Part shown: positions 24,146 through 33,712 of the stretch, one piece after another | Position numbering within the stretch: position 1 is the stretch's first letter | Layout: each line of letters starts with the position of its first letter | Assembly (NCBI GenBank): GCA_963745035.1 | Contig: CAVUVW010000015.1 | Span: forward strand, 224,001 to 288,000 | Direction of reading: 5' to 3' | Length of the DNA: 64,000 nt | Origin: an uncultured delta proteobacterium | GTDB lineage: Bacteria; Desulfobacterota; Binatia; UBA9968 | Notes under the pieces: model-generated | What the model was told of the DNA's origin: nothing | Seen by the model: the letters and a program-made list of their open reading frames with translations, nothing else | The model's database searches: none | Position numbers and translations under genes: made by a program

Positions 24146-25424
24146 GACGCACCTCGCTCTTCAGCGCTTTTTCTCTGCCGCGGCCCTTTTTCTTCCTCTC
24201 ACCAGCATCGGACTTGGCATCATCCTTGGCCAAATCCTTGACCTCGATCCGCGAACCCGGCCCAAGCAAAAACTGCCCTTCGCGGACAACCACCTCGCCT
24301 GCGCTGAGGCCCTTGGCGACCACAGCCTGGCCTTCTTGCGTCCGCCCCACGGTCACCGACCGCATCTCAACCCGTTTATCTTCCTTGACGACAAAAACCT
24401 GTTGTCCTTCCGGCCCGACTTGAATCGCTTCGGAGGGTATGACTACGGCATCGCCTTGCGTCGCCAAGGTCAAAGACACGTTGACAAATTGTCCGGGCCA
24501 CAACCTTCGTTCGCTATTGATAAATTCCGCCTTTAATTTGATGGTCCCGGTCGAGCGGTCAACCGCGTTGTCGACGAAAGCCAAAAAGCCTTCCTCCGCC
24601 CGGCCTTCATCCGACTGAAAGGTCGCCTCGGCTCTTAGCCTGCCTCCAGCCATGTGCCGCTTGAGATCGGCCAGATGATGTTCGGGCACGGCGAAGCTCA
24701 CGTTGATCGGGTTGATCTGGTTGATAATCACCAGCGGTGCTGCGTCATTGACGCGCACGAGGTTGCCTTCGTTGACCAGCAGGCTGCCGACTCGTCCATT
24801 GACCGGTGAATAAATATAGCAGTAGCTCAGCTGAACTTTGGCGTTTTCGACCGCCGCTTTGTCGGCATCGACGACCGACTCAGCGGCATCGGCGTTGGTT
24901 TTGATCAAATCGTATTGTTCACGGGAAACGTACTGCTTTTCGACCAGCTCGGCGTAGCGCCGCACCTGCTCGCGTAGGTTTTTCAATTGCGCCGTATCGC
25001 GCGCCAGGTTCGCTTCGGCCTGCTTGACCGCCGCCTCGAAGGGACGAGGGTCGATGGTGAAAAGCAATTGGCCCTTTTTGACGTCCTGCCCCTCTTTGAA
25101 GTGCGCTTGATTGAGGACGCCGGTAACCTGACTCTTTACCGATACGATCGAGTAAGCTTCGACATTGCCGACTGCGCGCAGTTGCAGTGGCATCGACTTC
25201 TGCACGGCGGTAGCCACCAGCACCGGTACCGCTTCGCGGGCTCGGCCGCCACCACCGGCTCCTCGTTGACCTCCGCTGGTCCCAGCCGCCCGCGGCGTGC
25301 CTTCGCTAGGTTTCGCTTCCGCACCGTCCTTCGGTTTGTTCAGGGACCAGGATTGGTATTGTTGAAAACCGGCAAAGCCCAACACGACAACTACAAATGC
25401 AAGAATCCAGAGGGAGCGTTTCAT
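24042..25424 (-). CDS. Efflux RND periplasmic adaptor, MdtA-like (the true stop may be the ATGA overlap at about 24142)
   Basis: GQDVKKGQLLFTIDPRPF, DNAVDRSTGTI and LWPGQFV motifs. Confidence 0.92.
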   Translation of the reverse strand: MKRSLWILAFVVVVLGFAGFQQYQSWSLNKPKDGAEAKPSEGTPRAAGTSGGQRGAGGGGRAREAVPVLVATAVQKSMPLQLRAVGNVEAYSIVSVKSQVTGVLNQAHFKEGQDVKKGQLLFTIDPRPFEAAVKQAEANLARDTAQLKNLREQVRRYAELVEKQYVSREQYDLIKTNADAAESVVDADKAAVENAKVQLSYCYIYSPVNGRVGSLLVNEGNLVRVNDAAPLVIINQINPINVSFAVPEHHLADLKRHMAGGRLRAEATFQSDEGRAEEGFLAFVDNAVDRSTGTIKLKAEFINSERRLWPGQFVNVSLTLATQGDAVVIPSEAIQVGPEGQQVFVVKEDKRVEMRSVTVGRTQEGQAVVAKGLSAGEVVVREGQFLLGPGSRIEVKDLAKDDAKSDAGERKKKGRGREKALKSEVRHEHVRAVHPAAGNDHARYGRHRYFRHPRVQIAAG

Positions 25425-25455
25425 AGCGACTTCTGCCAAACCCTTTCTGGGTGGG

Positions 25456-26856
25456 CTATTTGATCGACCCTTGCTTCAAGACTCCGATCCGGTTGTCTCC
25501 CATCGCTCGCGCCAGCTGCGCGTCGGCGATCTTGTACTCGTAAATTGTGCGTATATAGGTGGTTTGTGCGTCCGTGTAAAGAGTCTCCGCGTCGGTAACT
25601 TCGATGATCGAGCCGACCCCGACCTGGTAGCGACCCTGAGCCAAATCGAGATTTTCCTTTGCCGCCCTGGCTGCTGAATCGGTCGCTTTGATCCGTTCTT
25701 GCAATTCCACGACCCTAAGGTAGCTCTGCTCGACTTCCAGCGCAATCAGCTGCCGCCGATCCTCTTCCTGGGCGCGGATGTTGTAATAGTTGTGCAACGT
25801 CTCCTCCACCCGGTTGGTCGTGCGGAAGCCGTCAAAGATGGGAATATTGAAGTTTAGCCCGACCGTCCAGGTCGGCTGCAACGGAAATGTATTCAGAGTC
25901 CGGCCGTTGATCTGCTGATCGCTGACGTGCCGGCGGCCATAACTCGCGTCGAAGAGCAAGTCGGGCAGGTGCCCTCGCCGCGCCGTGGCGATCAGTTGAT
26001 CCGACGCCTTGCGCTGAGACTCGAAGCTCTTCAATTCGGTCCGCACATCGAAGGCGACGGTTCTCGCGCCCGCCAGATTCATCGACAGCTCCACTTCCGG
26101 CGAATCAGGGGCGACCGGCTGTTCGGGAAGCCGCGGCGATCCCATGGCGTTGCGCAAAGTCACCCAGGCGATCTTGACCGCATTCTCGGCCGCTATCAGA
26201 TCCGCTTGCGCGCTGAAGAGGTTGGCCTCGGCGCGCGCGACATCGATGCGCGCCCGGGTGCCCACTTCATAGAAACCCCGGGCTTGGCGCACCAGCAAGT
26301 CACGGCTGCGAACCGTCTCTTGGCGCACTCTGACGAGTTCTTGAGCGCCGAGATAAACGTAGTAAGCCTGCTTGATCGCTAAAACGATGTCCTGAGTGGT
26401 GGTCGCGTAGTCTTGTCTAGTCGCATCCAATGTGTCGCGCGCAGCCTGAACGTTGCCCTCCCGTTTGCCGAAGTTATACAGAGTCATGTTGAAGCTTGCC
26501 TGGCTGGAAAAAGTGTCGTTGGCGCGGTCGGCGCCGCCGCTCGTGCTGCTTTGCGAGGTTTGATAACGGTTGTTGAAATTGATGGTCGGGTAGTACGCCG
26601 CCATTTGCTGGCCCAAGACCGCCTCTTGAGAGCCGACCCGCTCGTTCGCCGATTTGATTCTCGGATGATTGTCCAAGCCGATCCGGACGGCGTCTTCGAT
26701 GGTCAGCAGCTTGCCCGTCGGCGAAAGCGAACCCTGAGTTGAAGGCGCTGCCTGAACTTGCAACTGAATCTCCGCGGCCGCAACCAGCCGAACGGTACCT
26801 CCCTTCACGATTGCCATCGCCACCAGTCCAAGTACAAAGACTTTCCATGCGATCAT
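25456..26856 (-). CDS. TolC family outer membrane efflux protein
   Basis: Two OEP repeats (YYPTI; NIPIFDG; RYQVGVGSIIEV). Confidence 0.92.
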   Translation of the reverse strand: MIAWKVFVLGLVAMAIVKGGTVRLVAAAEIQLQVQAAPSTQGSLSPTGKLLTIEDAVRIGLDNHPRIKSANERVGSQEAVLGQQMAAYYPTINFNNRYQTSQSSTSGGADRANDTFSSQASFNMTLYNFGKREGNVQAARDTLDATRQDYATTTQDIVLAIKQAYYVYLGAQELVRVRQETVRSRDLLVRQARGFYEVGTRARIDVARAEANLFSAQADLIAAENAVKIAWVTLRNAMGSPRLPEQPVAPDSPEVELSMNLAGARTVAFDVRTELKSFESQRKASDQLIATARRGHLPDLLFDASYGRRHVSDQQINGRTLNTFPLQPTWTVGLNFNIPIFDGFRTTNRVEETLHNYYNIRAQEEDRRQLIALEVEQSYLRVVELQERIKATDSAARAAKENLDLAQGRYQVGVGSIIEVTDAETLYTDAQTTYIRTIYEYKIADAQLARAMGDNRIGVLKQGSIK

Positions 26857-26980
26857 AGAGTGAATTCCTCCTCGATCAAACGCCCGCAGAATATATGGGT
26901 TTTACTCCGCGAAAGCAAAAACTGCGCAGGTGCGCGGCAGGCCGAGCTTTTGCGGCGTAAAGTGGGGTCGCGAGGCGCGC

Positions 26981-27760
26981 TCAGGGCAGCAATCCGAAGA
27001 TCCGCAAAGGCGCGCCGCTGCCGCCCTTGATCTTCATCGGTATGGCGAAAACCGTCGCGCCTTTGGGCGGAAGAAGCTCCAAGCGCGCCACGTTTTCGAA
27101 GACCGGCACATTGGCGGCGCCGAGGATTTGATGGGCGCGGAAATCCGTCGACGGCCCGTGGTCGATGCTCGGCGTATCGATGCCGACCGCCTTCACGCGC
27201 CGCTGTCTGACGAGAAACTCGGCTGCTTGCGGCGACAGGCCCGGGAAATGAAGATCCGTGACGTTGCCGGGCTCGTCGGTGCCAAAATAGCGTTTGCGAT
27301 CGCCCCAGTACCGGCCCCAGCCCGAACGGATTAGAACAATCGTCCCCGCTGGCAGTCTGCCACGCGCCTTTTCCCAGGCGCGGATGTCGCCTACCTCCAC
27401 AAGATAGTCGGGGTTTTTTTCGCTTTGCCGCCGCACGTCGATCACCGCGGCCGGTCCGATGGTTTGCGATAAAGGAATTTGCTCCGTAGTCCACTTGCCT
27501 TCGGCGAAGTGAAACGGCGCGTCCAGGTGAGTGCCGACGTGCTCCGAGCCGCCGTAATTATAGGAGGAATACCAGAATCCCGCCGGCGTGCGTCCTTCGC
27601 TCACTTTTTCTAAATGGAATGGCTTTCCCGTCGGCCAGTAAAGCGTTTCCTCGCTAAACGAATAGGTCAGATCGACGAGCTTCTTGTCGTCGATGGCGTA
27701 GGCCGGCGACAGGGAAAGTGCGAGAGCCAAACATAACGCGGCCAGCGTCTTCATCATCAT
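26981..27760 (-). CDS. Cyclase/kynurenine formamidase-like metallohydrolase with signal peptide
   Basis: EHVGTHLDAPFHF, GIDTPSID, FENV and GGSGAPLR motifs; N-terminal AYA signal. Confidence 0.9.
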   Translation of the reverse strand: MMMKTLAALCLALALSLSPAYAIDDKKLVDLTYSFSEETLYWPTGKPFHLEKVSEGRTPAGFWYSSYNYGGSEHVGTHLDAPFHFAEGKWTTEQIPLSQTIGPAAVIDVRRQSEKNPDYLVEVGDIRAWEKARGRLPAGTIVLIRSGWGRYWGDRKRYFGTDEPGNVTDLHFPGLSPQAAEFLVRQRRVKAVGIDTPSIDHGPSTDFRAHQILGAANVPVFENVARLELLPPKGATVFAIPMKIKGGSGAPLRIFGLLP

Positions 27761-27803
27761 TAGCCTCCCGGGCGGCGATAAAATTTCAAATAGCAAAAAA
27801 GCT

Positions 27804-28250
27804 CTAGCGGTTTTTCTGGAGGGATTCGAGGCGCCGCCGCGCGTCGGCGAAATCGGGATTGATTTTAAGCGCGGCTTCGAAGGATTCGGCCGCCTCCGGG
27901 GCCCGCCCGGCGTCGGCCAGCGTCCGGCCCAACTCGTAATGGGCAACGTCGTCATTCGGGCAGATCGCCAAGCCTTGGCGATAGAGCGTAATGGCCTCCT
28001 CGCGGTTGGTCGCTACCTGGGCCTTGTCGAAAAAGTCGCGGAAAGCCCGCACGCAATCTTTCTGCCTCTCGTCCTGGATTTGCTGGCCGGCGGCGATCGC
28101 TTCCAATTCTTTTCGCTGCCGCGCGATTTCCAGCTCCTGCTGCTTGATCTGCTCAGCCTGTTTTTCCAGCACCTCGCCCAGGCAGCCGCTCAGCACCAAC
28201 GCGGCCAGATACAACGACGAGAAAGTTAACCGGGCTGACTGTGCTCTCAT
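27804..28250 (-). CDS. TPR-containing lipoprotein
   Basis: LSGC lipobox, coiled coil and TPRs (AHYELGRTL..AESFEAALKINP). Confidence 0.75.
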   Translation of the reverse strand: MRAQSARLTFSSLYLAALVLSGCLGEVLEKQAEQIKQQELEIARQRKELEAIAAGQQIQDERQKDCVRAFRDFFDKAQVATNREEAITLYRQGLAICPNDDVAHYELGRTLADAGRAPEAAESFEAALKINPDFADARRRLESLQKNR

Positions 28251-28255
28251 GATTT

Positions 28256-30586
28256 TCAATCGATGGGCGGAACGCTTTCGGCCAGGCTAAGATAAATCTT
28301 TTCAGCTTTGATCGGCAAATCTTTGATGCGCACGCCGACGGCGTCGTAGATCGCGTTGGCGATCGCCGGCGCGACGGGGATGAGCGCGCTTTCGCCGATG
28401 CCTTTTGCGCCGAAGGGGCCGTTTCGGTCCGGCGTTTCCACGCAAATCGGATCGATCACCGGCGGCATGTCGCCGAGCGATGGCAGCACGTAATCGACCA
28501 GATTGGGGTTGATGAGCTGGCCGTTGTCGTAGGCGATCTCTTCGAAGATCGCTTGGCCGATGCCGGTGATCGCCGCGCCGGCAAGTTGCTGTCGGCAGCT
28601 GAGCGGATTGAGCGCCTTGCCCACATCGACCGCGGTGGCGTACTTGAGTAGCCTGAACTTGCCGGTGTCGGTGTCCACTTCGACTTCGGCCGCTCCCGCG
28701 GCGAGAAACCAAAACGCTGAAGTGCTCTTCTCGCCGAACTCGTCTTTGGTCAACGTCTTCACTTGCCCGTCGCCGACCAAGGTGCCGCCCTGCATGCCGA
28801 AGCGCTTGAACATCACTTCGGCATAATCGACCGCGGCCTCCGGCAGCCGCACTTTGCCGTCGGCGAAGCTGATCTTGTCTTCGGGAACACCGTATTCTTT
28901 CGCGGCGATTTGTCTAAGCTGGCGCTGGATATCCTGGGCGGCTAATTGAACCGCTTTGCCCATGTGAAAAGTCGAGCGGCTCGATGAAGTGGTGAGATCG
29001 TACGGCACCACGTCGGTATCGACCCCCAGCACTTGAATCTTCCCGATCGGAATTCCCAACTCCGCGCCGGCAATCTGCGCCATCACCGTGTCCGACCCCT
29101 GCCCCATCTCCACCGTGCCTATATAAATGGACAGACTCGCATCCTCGTTGAGCTTCACCACCGCGCAGGAAATCGACGGCGTGATCGTCGCCTTGATCAT
29201 GCACGCCAGCCCCTTGCCGCGCCGAATGCTTCCGTCGTTGAACTGTTGAACCTTTGAACTCTTGAACCTAGTGGAATCCCATCCGATCGACCTAGCGACC
29301 TCATCGAGACATTCCTTCAATCCGACGGCGCGCAGTGTTTCATCCGTGACAAACTTATCGCCCTCGTCGTAGCCGTTCTTCTTACGCAGCTCGAGGGGAT
29401 CCATCTTCAGTGCGGCGGCGATGATGTCCATCTGCGATTCGACGGCCCAGGCGGATTGCGATACGCCGAAGCCGCGAAAGGCGCCCGCCGGCGGCTTGTT
29501 GGTGTAGATGGAATAGGAATCAATTTTAAGATGGGGAATCCGATACGGACCCGCGGCCGTGTAACCGGATTTCTTAGCGACGCGCGGCCCGATCTCGGCA
29601 TAGGCGCCGGTGTCGAGATGGATCTCGCACTCGCGCGCCACCAAAGTGCCGTCTTTTTTGACGCCGGTCTTCATGCGGATCACCGCGGCGTGTTTGGTGA
29701 TCGTGTAGAAAACTTCCTCGCGCGACAGAACGACGCGAACCGGCCTGCCGGCCTTTTGCGCAAGCGCAACCGTGATCGGCTCAACCTTCGGATAAACTTT
29801 GCCGCCGTAGCCGCCGCCGAGATAAGGAACGATCACGCGAACCTTGGATACCGGCACTTTAAAAATATTGGCGAGCTGGGTGCGCACGACGAACGGATTT
29901 TGCGTCGTCGCCCACACCGTGATGCGCCCGCCAGGCTCCACCGAAGCGATGCACGCATGGGTTTCCAAAAAACTGTGTTGGGTCGCCGGCAGAGTAAAGG
30001 TGTCTTCGAAAATCTGATCCGCCTCGGCGAATCCTTTGGCGATGTCACCGCGATGAAGCTTGAAGTGGGTGCAAATATTCGTGCCTTCCACCGGTTTGAT
30101 CTCGGCGAGATCGGCAAAGCCCGAGCTTGGTAATTTTACCGAGTCATGGACCAGAGTCGCTTTCGCGTCCAGAGCTTCACCCACGTCGAGTACGGCGGGC
30201 AGCTCCTCGTAATCGACTTCGATGAGCGCCAGCGCTTCTTCCGCGGCATCGACGGTCAACGCGGCCACCGCCGCCACAGGATCACCCACATGCCTGACTT
30301 TATCGACGGCGACGATCGTCTGATCCTTGAATACGGGACCGTAGAAAGGTTCGATCCCTTCGTCGTGCAGAATGTCGTCGCGCGTGATCACCGCTACGAC
30401 GCCGGCAACTTTCGCCGCTTTGGACGCATCGATGCGCTTGATCCGCGCATGCGGATACGGGCTGCGCAGGATCTTGCCGTGGCACATGCCGGGAACGCTC
30501 ATGTCCGCAAGATACTGGGCTTTGCCAGTTACTTTGGTTTCGTAATCCAGCCGACGTACGGTTTTGCCGATTTGCGTGGTTTCCAT
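28256..30586 (-). CDS. Xanthine dehydrogenase-family molybdopterin-binding subunit
   Basis: LRSPYPHARI, GGGYGGK, AFRGFG, EMGQG and AKGIGES motifs. Confidence 0.93.
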   Translation of the reverse strand: METTQIGKTVRRLDYETKVTGKAQYLADMSVPGMCHGKILRSPYPHARIKRIDASKAAKVAGVVAVITRDDILHDEGIEPFYGPVFKDQTIVAVDKVRHVGDPVAAVAALTVDAAEEALALIEVDYEELPAVLDVGEALDAKATLVHDSVKLPSSGFADLAEIKPVEGTNICTHFKLHRGDIAKGFAEADQIFEDTFTLPATQHSFLETHACIASVEPGGRITVWATTQNPFVVRTQLANIFKVPVSKVRVIVPYLGGGYGGKVYPKVEPITVALAQKAGRPVRVVLSREEVFYTITKHAAVIRMKTGVKKDGTLVARECEIHLDTGAYAEIGPRVAKKSGYTAAGPYRIPHLKIDSYSIYTNKPPAGAFRGFGVSQSAWAVESQMDIIAAALKMDPLELRKKNGYDEGDKFVTDETLRAVGLKECLDEVARSIGWDSTRFKSSKVQQFNDGSIRRGKGLACMIKATITPSISCAVVKLNEDASLSIYIGTVEMGQGSDTVMAQIAGAELGIPIGKIQVLGVDTDVVPYDLTTSSSRSTFHMGKAVQLAAQDIQRQLRQIAAKEYGVPEDKISFADGKVRLPEAAVDYAEVMFKRFGMQGGTLVGDGQVKTLTKDEFGEKSTSAFWFLAAGAAEVEVDTDTGKFRLLKYATAVDVGKALNPLSCRQQLAGAAITGIGQAIFEEIAYDNGQLINPNLVDYVLPSLGDMPPVIDPICVETPDRNGPFGAKGIGESALIPVAPAIANAIYDAVGVRIKDLPIKAEKIYLSLAESVPPID

Positions 30587-30590
30587 CGTA

Positions 30591-31055
30591 TTAGCTCCGC
30601 GCCGCATTCCTCACCGCTTGCATGATTTCCTGATAGCAACCGCAGCGACAGAAATTGCCCGCGAGGTAATCGCGAATCTGCTCGTCGGACGGTCGCGGAT
30701 TCTCATCGAGCAGCGCCTTCGCGGTGAGAATGAAACCCGAGGTGCAGTAGCCGCACTGCAGCGCGCCGAACTCCATGAATGCTTCCTGCAGCGGATGAAG
30801 CTTGTCGCGCGCGCTCAATCCTTCGATGGTGAGAACTTCACAGCCGTCGGCATCCGCCGCCAACATCGAGCAGGCGCTCACCGGTTTGCCGTCGACCAGC
30901 AATGTGCAGGCGCCGCAGACTTGAATATCACAGCCGAGCTTCGCGCCGGTAAGTCCGAGCTGATCGCGGACCGTGTCGAGAAGCGTCGTGCGCGCCTCGA
31001 CTTCGAGGCTGCGTTCCTGGCCGTTAACTATAAGCGAAATCGTCTTCCGATTCAT
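30591..31055 (-). CDS. (2Fe-2S)-binding subunit of the Mo-hydroxylase (CoxS-like)
   Basis: GCDIQVCGACT, QCGYCTSG and NFCRCGCY motifs. Confidence 0.95.
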   Translation of the reverse strand: MNRKTISLIVNGQERSLEVEARTTLLDTVRDQLGLTGAKLGCDIQVCGACTLLVDGKPVSACSMLAADADGCEVLTIEGLSARDKLHPLQEAFMEFGALQCGYCTSGFILTAKALLDENPRPSDEQIRDYLAGNFCRCGCYQEIMQAVRNAARS

Positions 31056-31160
31056 TCTTTAATCACTCTGACAGTCCGCAATGGAATTTTTGATGTGCGT
31101 CAGCGTTTCGCATGACCCGGTGCGTTAAAACCACATCACTCGATGCACAAATCACCTGGA

Positions 31161-31239
31161 TGTCATGCTGAGCGAAAGCGAAGCATCTGCCTTTTCCAAA
31201 TGTGAAAAGCAGATTCTTCGGCTACGCCTCAGAATGACA
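31161..31239. repeat. TGTCAT...ATGACA REP/MITE-like palindrome (copy 1)
   Basis: TGTCATGCTGAG..CGAAGCATCTGC..GCAGATTCTTCG..CTCAGAATGACA; close to the reverse complement of 53289-53363. Confidence 0.85.
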
Positions 31240-31328
31240 TTCTGCTACCCTCCTCAGGAAAGCGAAGGAACTCGGAACAATACATCAAAATGATCATACT
31301 TAACTTAGCGAACTCGCGAAACATGCGC

Positions 31329-32192
31329 TCACAGTGCCTTTTCGTATGCCGTCCCTAACGCCCGCTTCACTAACGTGCCGATGATCGCGCGTTTGTACCG
31401 TTCCGACCCGCGCAGATCGCTCGTTGGACTGCACTCTTGAGCTGCTGAGGCAGCGGCTTCCCCGATTAGCTCCGCTGTAAGTTTCTTTCCACCGATCAAA
31501 GCTTCAGCCTTGCGCGCACGCACCGGCGTCGGTCCGACGCAGCCGAGCACGATGCGCGCAAATTGAACGGATTCACCATCCAACGACAGACGCGCCGCCA
31601 CGCCGGCGGACGGTTTATCGACCACCGAGCTGCTGGAGAAGCGCATGTAATCAATTCCGGATTTCGCCGGCAGCGGCGGGAGCACGACTTGCGTGATGAT
31701 TTCGTCTTCGGCCAAACTGGTCGTATAAAAGTCAAGGAATAAATCTTCGACAAGAGCGGTGCGCTCGCTCGTCGGCCCGATGATTTTCAACCTGCCGTCA
31801 AGCGCGATAAAAATTTGCGCTAGATCGGTCAGCGGCTCGCCGGACGCAAGGTTGCCGCCGACCGTGCCCATGTTGCGCACGCGAATGTTGGCGACTTCCC
31901 TTTCTGCTTCGCAAAGGACCGGGAACTTTTCTCTAACCACCGCCGACGTCTCGAGCTCTCGATGGGTGACCAGCGCGCCGATGATCAGCCCTTCTCCGTT
32001 TTTGAACTGAATGCCCTTGAGCTCGGGAATTTTTTTTATATTGACCAGCGTCTTCGGCTGATAAAGCCCCTGCTTCATCAGAATTGTCATATGCGCGCCG
32101 CCGGCGAACACCTTGGCATCGCTGCCGTGCTGCTTGAGCAAGGCGCACGCTTCAGAAACCGAAGTGGGTTCGAGATAATCGAAGTTTTTCAT
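31329..32192 (-). CDS. FAD-binding subunit of the Mo-hydroxylase (CoxM-like)
   Basis: FDYLEPTS, AGG, IGALVTH, VRNMGTVGGNL and SDLRGS.RYKR motifs. Confidence 0.93.
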   Translation of the reverse strand: MKNFDYLEPTSVSEACALLKQHGSDAKVFAGGAHMTILMKQGLYQPKTLVNIKKIPELKGIQFKNGEGLIIGALVTHRELETSAVVREKFPVLCEAEREVANIRVRNMGTVGGNLASGEPLTDLAQIFIALDGRLKIIGPTSERTALVEDLFLDFYTTSLAEDEIITQVVLPPLPAKSGIDYMRFSSSSVVDKPSAGVAARLSLDGESVQFARIVLGCVGPTPVRARKAEALIGGKKLTAELIGEAAASAAQECSPTSDLRGSERYKRAIIGTLVKRALGTAYEKAL

Positions 32193-32220
32193 CGTCCCAA
32201 GGTTAGAAATAAACAGAGGC

Positions 32221-32299
32221 GTCATTCCGGCCAACCCCGGATCATAGTCCGGGGTAGCGCGAGCCGGAATCCAGGACTCCGAAGAAACACTGGATTCCT
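32221..32299. repeat. GTCATTCCGG-class REP-like element with nested ACCCCGGA-TCATAG-TCCGGGGT hairpin
   Basis: GTCATTCCGGC...GCCGGAATCCAG...CTGGATTCC. Confidence 0.75.
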
Positions 32300-32346
32300 T
32301 GCGCGCCGAGCATCACGGCCTTAGTTCCAGCGAGCTACTCCCCACA

Positions 32347-33693
32347 TCAGATGTATTTCACCTTATCGACGCCGGGAATTTCGACCTTCTCGAATCTCCA
32401 GCGATCTTTCATCGGCGCCGTGGCATCGATGCCCAATCCTGCGGTGACCCGCGCTTCGGGGCACGAAGGATCGAGCGTTGAGCACGCGAGATTGGGAATG
32501 ATGATCGCGTCCTTATCCGCCTGAAACCGCGTCGCCATCGCCCAATCGACCTGCATCGGATCGAACGGATCGATGTCCTCATCGACCACGATCACCTGCT
32601 TGAGCCCTATGCCCATCGAAAGCAGGGCCAGGATGACGTTGCGTCCTTCATTTTCCGCGCGCTTCTTGATCGACACCACGACGTGATGGCGAAAGGTTCC
32701 ACCGGGCGTCATGTTGACCCCGCGCACTTCCGGCACGATCTTTTTTACTTCACGATACACCACCGCGGCGTTGCCGTATTCGATCAAGGTGTGATTCTCC
32801 GTCACCGGCATGCCGGTGAGGGCAGTCTGCCAGATCGGATTCTTACGCATCGTGATCGCCGTGACTTTGAGCACCGGCGCTTGCTTGGCTTCGCTGTAGC
32901 AGCCGGGATATTCGCCGTAAGGTCCGTCGGCAACCCGCTCGCCGGGAATCGTTATACCTTCGATCACGACTTCGGCGAAGGCCGGCACCTCGACATCGAT
33001 GGTTTCGCACTTGGTCAATTTCACGGGCGCGCCGCGCAGCGCCCCGGCGATGTGAAACTCGTCGATGCCGAACGGCACTCGCGCCTGCGAGCCGACTACG
33101 ATCGCGGGATCGACCCCGATTGCGCTCGCTACCTCCAAGCCCTTTTTCTTCTCCTCCGCCATCAAGATCATGCGGCCCAAATGGTGATCGGCCGGCGCCC
33201 ACAGAGAAAGCCGATCTTTACCGAGCACCAGCATGCGATGGATAGACAGATTGCGAATTCCGGTAGCGGGACTTTTACCGACCTGCACCCCGATCGTCAC
33301 GTAGGCACCGCAGTCTTTGTCCGCGTGCGTGACGATCGGCAGCTTGGACAGATCGACCTGATCGCCGGTCCATCTGATTTCCTTGCACGGCGCCGTCGAA
33401 ACCATCTCCGGCGGGATGTGCTTATCTTCGAGCGTCATGTAGCGCTCGAGCATCTGCTCTTGCGGCACGCCGAGGCCGAGCGCCACGAGTTTTCGGGTCG
33501 CGAAAAGACCGCCCAATACACGCCAGCCCGGATAACCGCGCACGTTTTCAAACAGCAGCGCCGGCCCTCCTATGTCGGAGGTCTTGCGCATGCCCGCGGC
33601 GATCTCGTACTTGACGTCGACTTCGTCTTTGACGCGCAGTAACTGCTTCTGGCTTTCCAGGTGAGTTAGAAAACCTCTGAGATCTTCAAACAT
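32347..33693 (-). CDS. UbiD family (prFMN-dependent) decarboxylase
   Basis: DLRGFL, PALLFENV, NLSIHRM, DGPYGEY, VVDEDIDP, WAMATR and GIDAT motifs. Confidence 0.92.
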   Translation of the reverse strand: MFEDLRGFLTHLESQKQLLRVKDEVDVKYEIAAGMRKTSDIGGPALLFENVRGYPGWRVLGGLFATRKLVALGLGVPQEQMLERYMTLEDKHIPPEMVSTAPCKEIRWTGDQVDLSKLPIVTHADKDCGAYVTIGVQVGKSPATGIRNLSIHRMLVLGKDRLSLWAPADHHLGRMILMAEEKKKGLEVASAIGVDPAIVVGSQARVPFGIDEFHIAGALRGAPVKLTKCETIDVEVPAFAEVVIEGITIPGERVADGPYGEYPGCYSEAKQAPVLKVTAITMRKNPIWQTALTGMPVTENHTLIEYGNAAVVYREVKKIVPEVRGVNMTPGGTFRHHVVVSIKKRAENEGRNVILALLSMGIGLKQVIVVDEDIDPFDPMQVDWAMATRFQADKDAIIIPNLACSTLDPSCPEARVTAGLGIDATAPMKDRWRFEKVEIPGVDKVKYI

Positions 33694-33712
33694 GGCGAAA
33701 CCTCGAAATCTA

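Noticed and set aside
28256-32192. Aerobic CO dehydrogenase or 4-hydroxybenzoyl-CoA reductase
   Set aside because: The active-site loop is AFRGFG, not AYRCSFR or AYRGAGR. The FAD subunit lacks the Cys-rich 4Fe-4S insert of HcrB.
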